The notes below the pieces were generated by a model. It ran no database searches, was not told where the DNA came from, and saw only the letters and a program-made list of their open reading frames with translations. The translations under genes were made by a program, and so were the position numbers. 64,000 nt of DNA. Origin: Macrostomum lignano (taxonomy: Eukaryota). The DNA lies in assembly GCA_002269645.1 (NCBI GenBank), contig NIVC01000988.1, positions 186,001-250,000 of the forward strand, read 5' to 3'. This document shows, piece by piece, positions 1 through 12,482 of the stretch (position 1 is its first letter; each line of letters opens with the position of its first letter).

Positions 1-339
1 GTTTTACTGAAATTATAAACTTTGGATCTCTATAACCTGACATCTGACACGAATTTCTGATTCCCATCTGACACTAGAATATCTTCATTAATATTCATAT
101 ACATTTAACTCCAAGAATATATTATTGATGCTTACTAATCCTTTCGCGACATATACGCCTAACTACTTGAAGTAGACGATTAGGCAACTACAATTGAGAA
201 TTCATTCGTTTATATGAGCTAATTCGTTGCGTCTTACAATGGTTAATTTTAAAGTGAATAAATTTAGCAACTAAGGAGTCCAGCTATGTATTATTCCCAA
301 ATAATAATATTGCGGTCAAACTCCAACCACTACCCTATC

Positions 340-545
340 AGCTTCTCTGCCTCCCATCTCACCCTTTCTGCCTCTTCTCTCACCCTCTCACCATCCTCTC
401 TCACCCTCTCACCCTCCTCTCTCACCCTCTCACCATCCTCTCTCACCCTCTCACCCTCCTCTCTCACCCTCTCACCCTCCTCTCTCACCCTCTCACCCTC
501 CTCTCTCACCCTCTCACCCTCTCAACTATCTCACCCTGTCTCTTT
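340..545. repeat. CT-rich minisatellite, ~21-bp unit (ctctcaccctctcaccctcct), intronic
   Basis: Direct tandem repeat; the source of the spurious TLSPSSL ORF at 286-627. Confidence 0.95.
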
Positions 546-670
546 CCTCACTCGGTATAAATTAATCCAAGCTACGTTTTTCGTTTTTATCGACATATGC
601 TGCTATTCTATTTTAAGATATGAATAAAAATTATGACTCCTAATCTCGTTTTATACTACCTGTTGAACAG

Positions 671-2057
671 GAAACGGAGAAGGACCCGACAAATGTCTAC
701 ATAAAGAACTTGCCAACCAGGTCAGAGTGTAACGAGGAGTGGCTAGCTACAGCAATTGGCGAAGAACTTCAGTCTAGCCACACAGTCAGAGGCCGGATTG
801 TATCCTGCAGAATTATGCGAATCTGTTTGGACAGCTCCGCTAGTCAGGCATCAACTGCAGGATCAAACGGAGCAAATGGTGCCGGCTTCATCCGATTCGA
901 AACGGAAGCAGACGCTCAATCGGCCGTGTCGCACATTAATCGTCACGGCACCAGTTTAGCCCAACAGCTTGGCTCGGTGAAGCCGTTAGAAGCCAAGCTG
1001 GCCGACAAGACCAATCAGCGACGGAGGCAGAGAGCGGCCGAGGCGGCGGCAGCGGCGGCTGCAGCTGCTGCAGCTGCCATCGCTGCTGGAATTCAGCCGA
1101 GTCAGGCAATTGCAGCCCCGGTTCAGCTGCCAACGTTGAGTCAGGCCTATCACCCGTCGACAGGGGTCGTGTTTCAACCGCAGCAGCAGCAGCAGCTGAC
1201 GCCGATCGCTCAGTCAGCTCTGCAGGCGTGCAGTTTAGTCTATGGCAGCAACCAGCAGCAGCAACAGTCAGGCCTGCTAGCCCCGGCTGGCCATAGACAG
1301 TCCAGCTATGTTATGACGGCTCCAAGCTTCCTTGATGCCTGCCCATCCACTCAGTTGGTAAGATACTCTCCATCTAACTATCACGGTTTCCATAGTGGGA
1401 AGGTGGTATGCACGTATAGTGATGAAGTAGGAGGTGCCAGAGGGTGAGAGAGGGTGAGAGAGGGCGAGAGAGGGTGAAAGAGGGTGAGAGAGGATGAGAG
1501 AAGGTGAGAGAGGTTGACAGAAGGTGAGAGTGGGTACGAAAGGGTAAGATAGGATGAGAGAGGTTAAGAGAGGGTGAGAGAGGGTGAGAGAGGGTGAGAG
1601 GGGTTGGTAGTCTACCGAGGCAGCAAAATCAATATTTTAAAACCGAATCAAGAAAAGCAACGCGAAGTGATTTCCTTAAAAAATATGTACTTTATGTCTA
1701 AGAAAATTCCGAAATTAATGTACAAGTAATTTACAATGTCAATCGCTCCTGATTAATTTGTTCAACATTCAGCGCACGAACCCGTGGATAAGAGTTGGTT
1801 GCTACGATGCCGCAGCAGCCGCCGCAATGTCCACCCAGCTGCTGCCAACAACGCAGCAGCAATGTCAGCAACCCTACCTTCAGCAGCAGCAGCAAAGCCA
1901 TCTCTTTGCCGATCTCAACGCCAGCATCGCGGCTTCATCGTTCTATCAGCAGCAGCAGATTTTTGGCGATTCGAGCTTTCAAACAGCAGCGAACATTTAT
2001 CAGCAGCAACTGCTGGCTGCCGCTGCTGCTGCTTCTGCTGACCAGCAACTGTCTTAG
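671..2057 (+). CDS. RBMS/alan shepard-like RNA-binding protein, last two coding exons (671-1357, 1773-2057); upstream exons lie outside the window
   Basis: Acceptor gaacag|GAA. ETEKDPTNVYIKNLP resembles the RBMS/Shep RRM2 start (EQDPTNLYI.NLP), and GAGFIRFE is RNP1-like. Donor TTG|gtaaga at 1357 and acceptor attcag|CGC at 1773 are both phase 0. The Q/A-rich tail ends at TAG 2057. Confidence 0.75.
1436..1605. repeat. GA-rich minisatellite (agagggtgagag), reverse complement of the 340-545 array
   Basis: Direct repeat; its core gagggtgagag is the reverse complement of ctctcaccctc. Confidence 0.9.
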
Positions 2058-2288
2058 CTGACAGACAGACAGAGCGAGTGAATCGTTGATTGTTCTTCTC
2101 AATGGGTTTTTTTCAATTATGAATCTAGTTTATGCCTTGTGCTTTTTATGTCGCTTTATCTGTGCTATAAAAAATAGCAAATTAACTCATTTAAAGTTAA
2201 TGATATTTGTTTAAATCCCTGTATTGAGGATGACGCATCAGTTGTGTGCACATCTGCGTACTAAACTTCCTTGTTGATATATAGGGCC

Positions 2289-2648
2289 TTTTTTATAAAG
2301 GCGGGGGGTTGTGTGCACCCTGGCGCACTTTAAGCGACATTGGCACACAACCGGCGAGAGGCATTACTGCCCATTCCGCCGACTCCCCTGAGCAGGCATA
2401 CAAGCGCGCGGATACGTACGCAGGCACACACTCACACAGGAGTGTACAGCGGCCCTAACTTTATTTTATCGTTAGTCATGTACACTTCACTGCGCCTTGG
2501 GGGGTTGGCTCTCAAGGCCGTTAATTGCACGAGCAGAGCCAAGCCGAGATTCCAATTCAGCCCCAAATTAATGTGACTGCACTTGGAATCGAGCCTGGGT
2601 CGCTGGCACACCAGAGCCTGCGCTAGACCGCTGGGCTACGGCCCCCCA
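2289..2648 (-). mobile_element. Full-length tRNA-derived SINE (~360 bp) with 8-bp TSD
   Basis: The minus strand starts GGGGGCCGTAGCCCAGCGG (A box) ... GGCTCGATTCC (B box) and ends in an A-tail (tttttt at 2289). ATAGGGCC flanks both sides (2281-2288, 2649-2656). Homologous copies at 6.2, 30.7 and 32.6 kb. Confidence 0.85.
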
Positions 2649-2695
2649 ATAGGGCCATTTACCTTCCTTCTGTATTACCTGTACTCTATTCCCAG

Positions 2696-2885
2696 CTAGT
2701 CAAGACCCCATCAAAACTTTTAGCACTTCATTAGGCATCCCACTCTCCCACTAGTCAAGACCCAATCAAATTCTTTCAACCCCCATTAGGTACCCCACTC
2801 TCCCGCTAGTCAAGACCCCATCAAATACTTCAACCCTTCATTAGGCACCACACTCTCCCGCTAGTCAAGACCCCATCAAATTCCT
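2696..2885. repeat. 55-bp tandem repeat, ~3.5 copies
   Basis: ctagtcaagacc recurs at 2696, 2751, 2806 and 2861 with homologous intervening sequence. Confidence 0.9.
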
Positions 2886-3354
2886 TTACTCCAATTCCAC
2901 ATTGGCCAACGACCACTACATGTTAATTTAACTCTCTTCTCATCTCAACTTTAATTCAACTAATCTCACGTGTACCTTGCTGCAAGAGCCCTACAAAAGC
3001 TATATCCACATTGGTCGGGAATCCGAAAATATTTAAAGTATTCCTACATTATTATTTCCGTGTTCCATACTTCTATATACATGTAACTCCCATTGCAAGG
3101 CTCTAAGCGTACATGGGCGGATGTACTACAAAAATGTACTTCAACTCTTCTGGGTTCGGTTACCGATCCAGTCTGCTGCGCTGTTGTATCTTGAAATAAA
3201 AAATATACCAATCGAAGACAGATTCGAGTTATAAAAAGTCGAATTATTGAGTTTTAATTTTTTTCATAAAACTAAGAAAGCTTACGCAACAATTTTATGG
3301 CCAAAAACCATAAAAAACTAAACAGAGCGCTTCCGGGTACTGGCACCCCTGGTG

Positions 3355-3990
3355 CCCTCAAAATGATAGGACATCTATATAAATGATCGGACATCCTTCT
3401 AAAATGATAGGACATCCTTCTAAAATGATAGGACATCCTTCTAAAATGATAGGACATCCCTAAAAATGATAGGACATCCTTTTAAATGATAGGACATCCT
3501 TATAAATGATAGGACATCCCTATAAATGATAGGACATCCCTCAAAATGATAAGACATACCTAAAAACGATAGGAAATCCCTCAAAAACGAAAGGACATCT
3601 CTCAAAATGATAGGTGAGCCCTCAAAATGATAGGAAATCCCTCAAAACGATAGGACATCCCTCAAAACGATAGGACATCCCTCAAAATGATAGGACATCC
3701 CTCAAAATGATAGGACATCCTTATAAATGATAGGACATCCTTATAAATGATAGGACATCCCTCAAAATGATAGGACATCCCTCAAAATGATAGGACATCC
3801 TTATAAATGATAGGACATCCTTATAAATGATAGGACATCCCTCAAAATGATAGGACATCCCTCAAAATGATAGGTGAGCCCTCAAAATGATAGGGCATCT
3901 CTCAAAATGATAGGTGAGCCCTCAAAACGATAGACATCCCTCAAAACGATAGGACATCCCTCAAAATGATAGAACGCCCCCTCAAAATGG
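3355..3990. repeat. 20-bp minisatellite (aaaatgataggacatccctc)
   Basis: Direct tandem repeat. Confidence 0.95.
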
Positions 3991-6211
3991 TCTTCTGCAA
4001 GCTACAGTATACATTTAGTAAGTAAAAAGGACATTAGTCGGGCACTGAATCATAAGCAGTGTGTTGCAATAAAGGTAATAATTATACACTGTACGATAAC
4101 AATGTCTGCATAAAGAATACCGGTAATAATTCATATAATTAGGCAGAGAAGAAACTGCTCAAACACGCAAGCAGCGCCCACGCCATGCAATCACGCGGCC
4201 GCGGGGCTGTAGAAGTCAAATTTCTAAGGAATTTTCTCAGATTATCGACTAATTCCTACCTCTAAGAGGGAATGATGAAATATTATAGTATAGACTAAAG
4301 CCTTTCGCGAGCAACCCTTTTTTGGCAACTGATTAGAAATTTTGTAATCCTAACCCGGGGGATTATATTAGTGGTTCAATATTAATTCGTACTTCATCGA
4401 CTGATAATAATTTTAGAATAAGTTCTCCAACTTTCTGTGCGTTCTGTAATGTGTCGCGGTCTCTTATGACGGACTGTTTGGTGCACTCTGCCCGGGAGGG
4501 TTCTTTGTGTGACCGCGGTAGTGGCCTACCAAGCTGCCCGTATTTCAGGAATGGTGGTGCACCTACCTGCGGAGTGAGCTGGTAAATTGACCACCTGGAA
4601 GGCATTAGCCCCAGAAGTTCGTACTCTACCAGTAAGACCTAGTAACTACCGGGGAACCGGGTTCCAGTTTTTCTACAAGGGATTTTTTAGAAAACCCAAT
4701 TGTATTTTGAGCGTCTGCAGGCCGCTCCTCGATAATTGTTTAACTGTTTCTATGGACAACTATGTTTGTTGTGATGCATTCTACAAAAAATCCATTTTAA
4801 AAACGCTATACACTTGACCAGTTCCCCTAATCAATGGGTGTTTTAAAATGTAAACTAACAACTGTTTCATGTGCTTCCTATGATGTATACTTACAGGTCT
4901 GTTGTGAGAAAGTTCAGAAAAAGTACTATTTGTACTATTGGTGAACGGCAGCGTTCAAAATGCAGGTTTTACTGTTCTGCACAGGGCTGAATGGGGTTTG
5001 GCCATAGACAAATTCGGTAGAGAAAAATACACTAAAGAGACCAGAGCAGCTGACGTTTCGTCACAACTTTGCTTCAATGCCAGTCTGCAATAGAATTTCA
5101 TGAAAATCTATAGCTTGATAAACTAGCGCCTGCACCTCGGACAAACTGCATGCTTGCTTCGCTTGCTATTTGCAAGTCCAGAAGGTGAAGCATTGTGAAT
5201 TCAGTCCTGAAAAAAAAACTAGAAACTTCCTGTCACGCCAGTGCAGTCTGTAGCGAAAAGCCCCGGTCTCCAGGGAAATTTGAAGTTTCTGCGAGTAGGC
5301 GCCATTCAGCTTTACAAGCTATTGAGTTATTTCTATAATGCCAATTCTAAAATGTAACAAAAATTGACTAATAACATGAAATATACAGACTTTACTATAA
5401 GGGTGACTTACTTCCGGGGGGTGACAACCTTGTCTATAGCTAAATAAATTCTTATGTTTCAATGGCTGGACATCGTCAGGGCTAATTTATTGGAACAAAA
5501 TAATATTTTCAAGAGTAAATATATGAGACATATTCATGAGAAATATGAGACATGAGATATGAGACATATATTTCATTCATGAGAAATGTATGAGTAAATA
5601 TAGTAGGGGTTGTAGACTAGTAGGGGGCTGTCTGGTGAGGAGAGAGAGTGGAGAGGTAACTGGTTTTGTTTAGTTTTCAGAAATCAGAAATTCATTCGAA
5701 TAAAACACTGACTGTTTAAAATGTTGATTATGCAGAACCTTTATTTACTGACCATTTCATCAAGCCAGCTACTTTACCTGAGAAAAATTAACAGCCGGCT
5801 TTATTCGATCTTAGTCAATAAGGCGGGGGCGTATTTTAATAAACGATATTGCATTAAAATCATTGCCTCTAACAATCTTAATTAACTAGATTAAATTGGA
5901 TCAAGGCTTTGTTTCAGCGACTAAATAGGCAAGAATTTCACGGTGACGAATTGATGATATTAAAATGTTTTCCGGCTTCTCAAGTCAAAAACAGAAGCCT
6001 TAGAAACTCAACAGAAGATTAGAAGAGATTTGGAGAAGCAAGTTTCAAGCAATTATGATGTTAATACGAGAAATTCGTAGATTTCCAATACGAATAAGCT
6101 GATTTTACCGTGATAAAAATCCGTTGAAGCTTGCTCCTTCCAAAAAACAAGATAAAGATAATATAGACATAAAAAAGATTCGGCAGGCAAATCTGCCTAT
6201 TTACCCACCTG

Positions 6212-6382
6212 ATTTTTTATCAGAGGCAGGGGGCTCAGTGCACCCTGGCGCACTTTAAGCGACATTGTCACACAACCGGCGAGAGGCATTACTGCCCATT
6301 CCACCGACTCCCCTGAGCAGGCACACAAACGCGCTGATACGTACGCAGTCATACGCACAGGCACACACTCACACAGGAGTGT
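6212..6382 (-). mobile_element. 5'-truncated copy of the tRNA-derived SINE (3' half plus A-tail)
   Basis: Near-identical to 2295-2455 (gtgcaccctggcgcactttaagcgacattg...cacactcacacaggagtgt); lacks the tRNA head. Confidence 0.85.
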
Positions 6383-6809
6383 GAGTAACGATGACTTTAT
6401 TATAAGGTGCCGACCTTCGCTATCCAGAAATGCAACGATGAAATAAAGACTCAGTCGCATCGGCATCAAATGAGGTCAGTATTTTATTGTGAGTACCATA
6501 ACATGCATAGTTTTACTTACTTTTACATAATTTGCGAGTGCAGCGCCATTATGCTTTTTTTACCAAACATTTTAAACTTAAAACAATTAAACAATTTAAG
6601 CTCTTAAAATTTTACAGATATTAAAGCGGATTTTGACTGAGGTACAGTGTTTGATATTCCATTGATTCAATTATACAGATAAGCTCAAGCAAGATTAGAG
6701 CTGTGACACGTTAAAAAAATTAATTTACCGTGTTAGTAACAACACCAACCGTTTGGAATTAGTTTTCAGAAATCTTTTAAACTGTTTAAAAACGTGTTGA
6801 TTTTGTTGA

Positions 6810-8563
6810 CTACCGACCACTTGTGCCAGCGGAGACGCTCACAGTTGAAGTGTTTGTGTTTGTTGAGGCACACGGTACAAGTAAAAGTCCGTTTGGGCTT
6901 CTCAGCGTGCTCATTGCGATGCAGTTGCCTTCTTCGACGCCGCGACTGACGACGCAATAGCTGGTTCCGGCCATGGCATTGCTACTGCAAGCGGCTGCTT
7001 CCAAGAAGTTCAGGTTCCTTGTTCCTTGCTGCGGCTGCATCGACGCCGCGTCAGCGTATCGTCGCCTTCGACTGCCGCATCGTCTGTCAGCGCCGTTTGC
7101 AGTTGTCGCTGCCGGCCCCGTCCAGTTGCGCCGGAGACCGCCAACTTGGCCGCCGTTGCCACCGCTGCCGCCGCCGCCGCGGCCTGCCCCTCTAAGACCT
7201 GATAGAATTCGATTCAACTCTCGTCGAAATTTTTCTCCAAAAAAGCAGAATAGTAGAAAGTTAACAGACGAGTTGACAACAACCATGAATTGGGCGACGA
7301 TGTAGAGAAGCTGCGCGGCCAGCCCCGGCTGCTGCTGGTCGTGAATGACAGCCACGAGATTGTCAACAAAGCAGAACGTCTGACAGAAGATAAACACCAT
7401 CACAATGGTGACTAGCATCAGGCTAATGCTTGTCTCTCGTTTCAGCCGTTTTTTTTGCTCGCGCGAGCTGAGGAGACCGTATTGATGGCACTCTTGGTGC
7501 CACGGGCGATGCTGTTGTAGGCCGTGGTCAGCTCCGGGGGAATCTGCGTTCAGAAATTGGCGAGATTCTGCTGTGGATTGAGAATGAGAATTACGATAAT
7601 TCAGAAACCATTTCAAACAGTATCGTTAGGTGAAGTCTTCATGCTGACAAAATATGGCTCCAACGATTATCCACGCTAATTAACTGGCATGTAATCCAGC
7701 TTACCTTCGGTGGCGTCAGCAGCCCTGGAGTTGTTGATGCTATTCGCCGCTCGGATTGCGCGTATGAGCAGAGCGTTGGCTGTAGTAATGACGGCCAAGG
7801 GCAAAGCGTACATAAAGAGCGTGTAAAGGACGCCTCCGTAGATGCGATTGTACCACAGGCTGCTTCGCAGGGTGCGCTGTTGCTTCTCATTTTCAGTAGA
7901 GTTGCCCCATACGTCGCTACTATTGACTGACATCGACGGCAGAGGCACGAACTCAAGCGCTCGAGGCGCGTTGTAAACCAAGCAGAACACGGTGACGCCT
8001 AGTAGTGCCCGCCTCGCCCGAGCTCGATTGCTGCCGAGGGGACCGCCGAACCGCAGCGGCAGCATCACGGAGAGGCAGCGCTCCACGGTGAAGCAGGCTG
8101 TCGTGTAGGTGCCGAGCATTTGCGCGAACAGCGACACGGGGTAAAGAATGGCGATGAAGATGGAGTTCTTTGTGTCAATTAGTCGCCGATAATCGGTGGA
8201 CAGCTGCGGAAGGCCCATGCAGGCGGCGAAGAGTAGCAGAATGACAATGTCAGCCGCTGCCAAAGCCGCCAGGTAGTCAGACGTGGAAGATGCCATCCGA
8301 GGCGAGCGTAGCACGGCTATGCTCAGTCCGTTGCCAAGGAGACCGACAATAATAATAGCAGAAGCGACGTAGCCCCACAGATAGCGCTGCGCCGCCACCA
8401 ACAGGTGCGAATTTTTCGACTGTCCCGTCAACTCGTCAGGGGATTTCGTTGGACTCGGCGTTAAAGACTCGACATCGTTGGACTTTGTCGCTAAGAATAA
8501 ATCTAAGATAAGAATCACAATTAGCAGGAGCTGACAGCAGATGGCAACTGACGATCGGAGCAT
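6810..8563 (-). CDS. Rhodopsin-family peptide GPCR, FMRFamide-receptor-like; 2 coding exons (8563-7705, 7570-6810)
   Basis: TM1 GLLGNGLS, TM2 LAAAD, TM3 TVERC, YNAPRALE, TM6 LMLVTIVMVFIFCQ, TM7 VNSSVNFLLF. Phase-1 intron GAAG|gtaagc...ccacag|CA of 134 nt. Confidence 0.85.
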
Positions 8564-8953
8564 TTTGTCGAATCTTTCAACACTCTAAAATTTAAATGAT
8601 AATTCCACTTTATTGGTTCTAAAGTACAAACTAGAAGTAATATTGGAGCAAATCATGGGGAAAGCAGGAAGAAGCTCGATGAATGACAGGAGCTCAACCT
8701 TTTTCACCTCTTGAGCGAGGCATTCGTAGCGCTGAACGAGGGTTGCGCCAAAATCAAAATGCAAACCACCAGGTCACGCATGCATTCTCTGTCCTTTTTC
8801 TGTCCACCGGACTGGTTTTAGCATACGGTCCTCTCTGCGGCATTCTTTACTTTAGCCATGCATTCCAGCTGTGGCCCAAATTGCTCGCAGTTGAAAACAA
8901 ATTGATTTCTGTTGTCTATGGCTTTCTAATGTGTAAAACCTCTTACCACAGAT

Positions 8954-9238
8954 TATATTACCTAGATGGGCCACTCCAATCTGCCTGGCGGCATCGCGAA
9001 AACCCAGGGGTTTTGACCATAGACTGTAGCTTTATATTACCTAGATGGGCCACTCCAATCTGCCTGGCGGCATCGCGAAAACCCAGGGGTTTTGACCATA
9101 AACTGTAGCTTCTGCTGCTCTCAAGACATTAGCAGCAGCTAGTGTCTGAGACCCTAACCCCTGGGTTTTCGGGGCCTCAGGGACGGTCGCTAAATACATT
9201 AATTAGAGAATGCTGGAGTGACACATCTAGGTAATATA
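8954..9238. mobile_element. MITE-like element (9033-9238) with 25-bp TIRs and a 79-bp duplication of its left end (8954-9032)
   Basis: The left TIR tatattacctagatgggccactcca (9033-9057) matches the reverse complement of 9214-9238 at 23/25. There is an internal inverted pair gaaaacccagggg / cccctgggttttc. Confidence 0.75.
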
Positions 9239-9805
9239 GGATCTAGGTAATATAGAATCTAGGTAATATAGAATCTAGGTAATATAGAATCTAGGTAATA
9301 TAGGATCTAGGTAATATAGAATCTAGGTAATCTAGAATCTAGGTAATATAGAATCTAGGTAATGTAGAATCTAGGTAATATAGAATCTAGGTAATATAGA
9401 ATCTAGGTAATGTAGAATCTAGGTAATATAGAATCTAGGTAATATAGAATCTAGGTAATGTAGAATCTAGGTAATATAGAATCTAGGTAATGTAGAATCT
9501 AGGTAATATAGAATCTAGGTAATGTAGAATCTAGGTAATATAGAATCTAGGTAATGTAGAATCTAGGTAATATAGAATCTAGGTAATATAGAATCTAGGT
9601 AATATAGAATCTAGGTAATGTAGAATCTAGGTAATATAGAATCTAGGTAATGTAGAATCTAGGTAATATAGAATCTAGGTAATATAGGATCTAGGTAATA
9701 TAGAATCTAGGTAATATAGAATCTAGGTAATATAGAATCTAGGTAATGTAGAATCTAGGTAATATAGAATCTAGGTAATGTAGAATCTAGGTGATATAGA
9801 ATCTG
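9225..9805. repeat. 16-bp satellite (atctaggtaatataga), ~36 copies
   Basis: Direct tandem repeat; the unit corresponds to the outer part of the MITE right TIR. Confidence 0.95.
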
Positions 9806-10649
9806 TATCTCTTGCAACCGCGCACCAATTTGAATGAAAAAATAGAATGCAAAAAGTACACATACGAGCGTAAGTTGTTCACACTGTCTACCAAATGAAT
9901 ATCGTCACACGTAGTTAATCGAATCACTAGAGACAAAGTGTAACTAATGAGCGAATTATGCTAAATTAACCTACCGTTAATTTTGACTCAAGTATTTTCA
10001 CTTCGAGAAGTAGTGCGAATCAACTCGCTCAAGTGACGTCAATCTCGACTAGAGATAGATGTTTACGAGGCGGATTAAAGCAGGAGCTGGCTTAGACAAA
10101 AGGGATTAAGCAGCAATAAAAGTAAGTTAACGATTGCTACATGCAACTCTCCATCAGAGCCAATCGGAGTTGCCGTCAACTCAGATCAAAAGGAGGAACT
10201 GGGAAGCCATCCTTGGACAGCTGCGGCTCATCCAGTGAATTCAATTTGCTCAGGCTCAGGTGCGGGAAGACTGCTAGTAGGCAGTCAGAAAGACTGAGAG
10301 AAGGGAAAAAAGAGAGCAAGCTTTGAGTTGGGAATAGAAAATTGTACAATTAATTTCATCTTTTGTTTTTCTAAGTAAGTTAGCATAGCGGCAGTTTGCT
10401 TAAGCAGTGGACTTTTGGGCTTAGCTTGATAATTTTTTGCTTATTTCAGACACGAATTGGGTTTTTAAAACTGATTGTTGCTTTCATAAATGAAAATGCA
10501 GAACACCACAGCTCAGTGGCTTCCGCAATGTACAACAAATGGCCCCACAAAAATTGCGCTCTACCAAAAGTTAAATGAAAAGCTAAAAAACTCGACGAAT
10601 GACGCGAGCTCAACAAGTTAAAAAATTCCACTGACCTAGGAGAACCGGG

Positions 10650-12482
10650 TAGGGGCGCCCGCTAACAGACAGGGGCGCCCACCAAGAGACAGGAGCACCC
10701 ATCAAGAGAGAGGGGCGCTCACCAAGAGACAGGGGCGCTCACCAAGAGACAGGGGCGCTCACCAAGAGACAGGGGCGCTCACCAAGAGACAGGGGCGCTC
10801 ACCAAGAGACAGGGGCGCTCACCAAGAGACAGGGGCGCTCACCAAGAGACAGGGGCGCTCACCAAGAGACAGGGGCGCTCACCAAGAGACAGGGGCGCCC
10901 ACCAATAGACAGGGGCGCCCACCAAGAGACAGGGGCGCCCACCAAGAGACAGGGGCGCCCACCCAAGAGACAGGGGCGCTCACCAAGAGACAGAGGCGCC
11001 CACCAAGAGACAGGGGCGCTCACCAATAGACAGGGGCGCCCACCAATAGACAGGGGCGCCCACCAAGAGACAGGGGCGCCCACCAAGAGACAGGGGCGTT
11101 CACCAAGAGACAGGGGCGCTCACCAAGAGACAGGGGCGTTCACCAAGAGACAGGGGCGCCCACCAAGAGACAGGAGCACCCATCAAGAGAGAGGGGCGCT
11201 CACCAAGAGACAGGGGCGCTCACCAAGAGACAGGGGCGCTCACCAAGCGACAGGGGCGCTCACCAAGAGACAGGGGCGCCCACCAATAGACAGGGGCGCC
11301 CACCAAGAGACAGGGGCGCCCACCAAGAGACAGGGGCGCCCACCCAAGAGACAGGGGCGCTAACCAAGAGACAGAGGCGCCCACCAAGAGACAGGGGCGC
11401 TCACCAATAGACAGGGGCGCCCACCAATAGACAGGGGCGCCCACCAAGAGACAGGGGCGCCCACCAAGAGACAGGGGCGTTCACCAAGAGACAGGGGCGC
11501 TCACCAAGAGACAGGGGCGTTCACCAAGAGACAGGGGCGCCCACCAAGAGACAGAGGCGCCCACCAAGAGACAGGGGCGCTCACCAAGAGACAGGGGCGC
11601 TCACCAAGAGACAGGGGCGCCCACCAAAAAGAGAGGGGCGCCCACCAGGAGACAGGGGCGCCCACCAAGAGACAGGGGCGCCCACCTAAATAAGAGGGGC
11701 ACACACCAAGAGACAAGGGCGCCAACCAAGAGACATGGGCGCCCATCAAGAGACAGGGGCGCCCATCAAGAGACAGGGGCGCCTATCAAGAGACAGGGGC
11801 GCCAGCCAAGTGATAGGAGCGCCCAGTAAGAGACAAGGGCGCCCACAAAGAGACAGGGGTGCCCAAAAAGAGACCGGGGCGCCCATCAAGAGACCGGGGC
11901 GCCCATTAAGAGACAGGGGCGCCCACCAAGAGACAGGGGCGCCCACCAAGAGACAGGGGCGCCCACCAATAGACAGGGGCGCCCACCAAGAGACAGGGGC
12001 GCCCACCAAGAGACAGGGGCGTTCAACAAGAGACAGGGGCGCTCACCAAGAGACAGGGGCGTTCACCAAGAGACAGGGGCGCCCACCAAGAGACAGGGGC
12101 GCCCACCAAGAGACAGGGGCGCTCACCAAGAGACAGGGGCGCTCACCAAGAGACAGGGGCGCCTATCAAGAGACAGGGGCGCCTATCAAGAGACAGGGGC
12201 GCCAGCCAAGTGATAGGAGCGCCCAGTAAGAGACAAGGGCGCCCACAAAGAGACAGGGGTGCCCAAAAAGAGACCGGGGCGCCCATCAAGAGACCGGGGC
12301 GCCCATTAAGAGACAGGGGCGCCCACCAAGAGACAGGGGCGCCCACCAAGAGACAGGGGCGCCCACCAAGAGACAGGGGCGCCCACCAAGAGACAGGGGC
12401 ATCCACCAAGAGACAGGGGCGCCCACCAAGAGACAGGGGCGTTCACCAAGAGACAGGGGCGCCCACCGCCCACCAAGAGACA
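10650..12482. repeat. 20-bp GC-rich minisatellite (caccaagagacaggggcgcy), ~1.8 kb
   Basis: Direct tandem repeat; the source of many spurious ORFs. Confidence 0.97.

Noticed and set aside
756-2061. Alternative-frame and antisense ORFs over real exons (also 6973, 7639, 14979, 26107-26701, 41346-42012, 44822, 49967, 63407-63926)
   Set aside because: They are shadows of GC-rich coding sequence with no independent motifs
2696-2885. CRISPR-like look: a conserved 20-bp motif every 55 bp
   Set aside because: The intervening sequences are homologous to each other, there are no cas genes and the context is eukaryotic; the 83-bp array at 53.8 kb is rejected for the same reasons
4363-4650. 80-90-aa minus-strand ORF in a GC-richer patch
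   Set aside because: No recognisable motif or partner exon; may be a TE fragment, and a BLAST search would be needed
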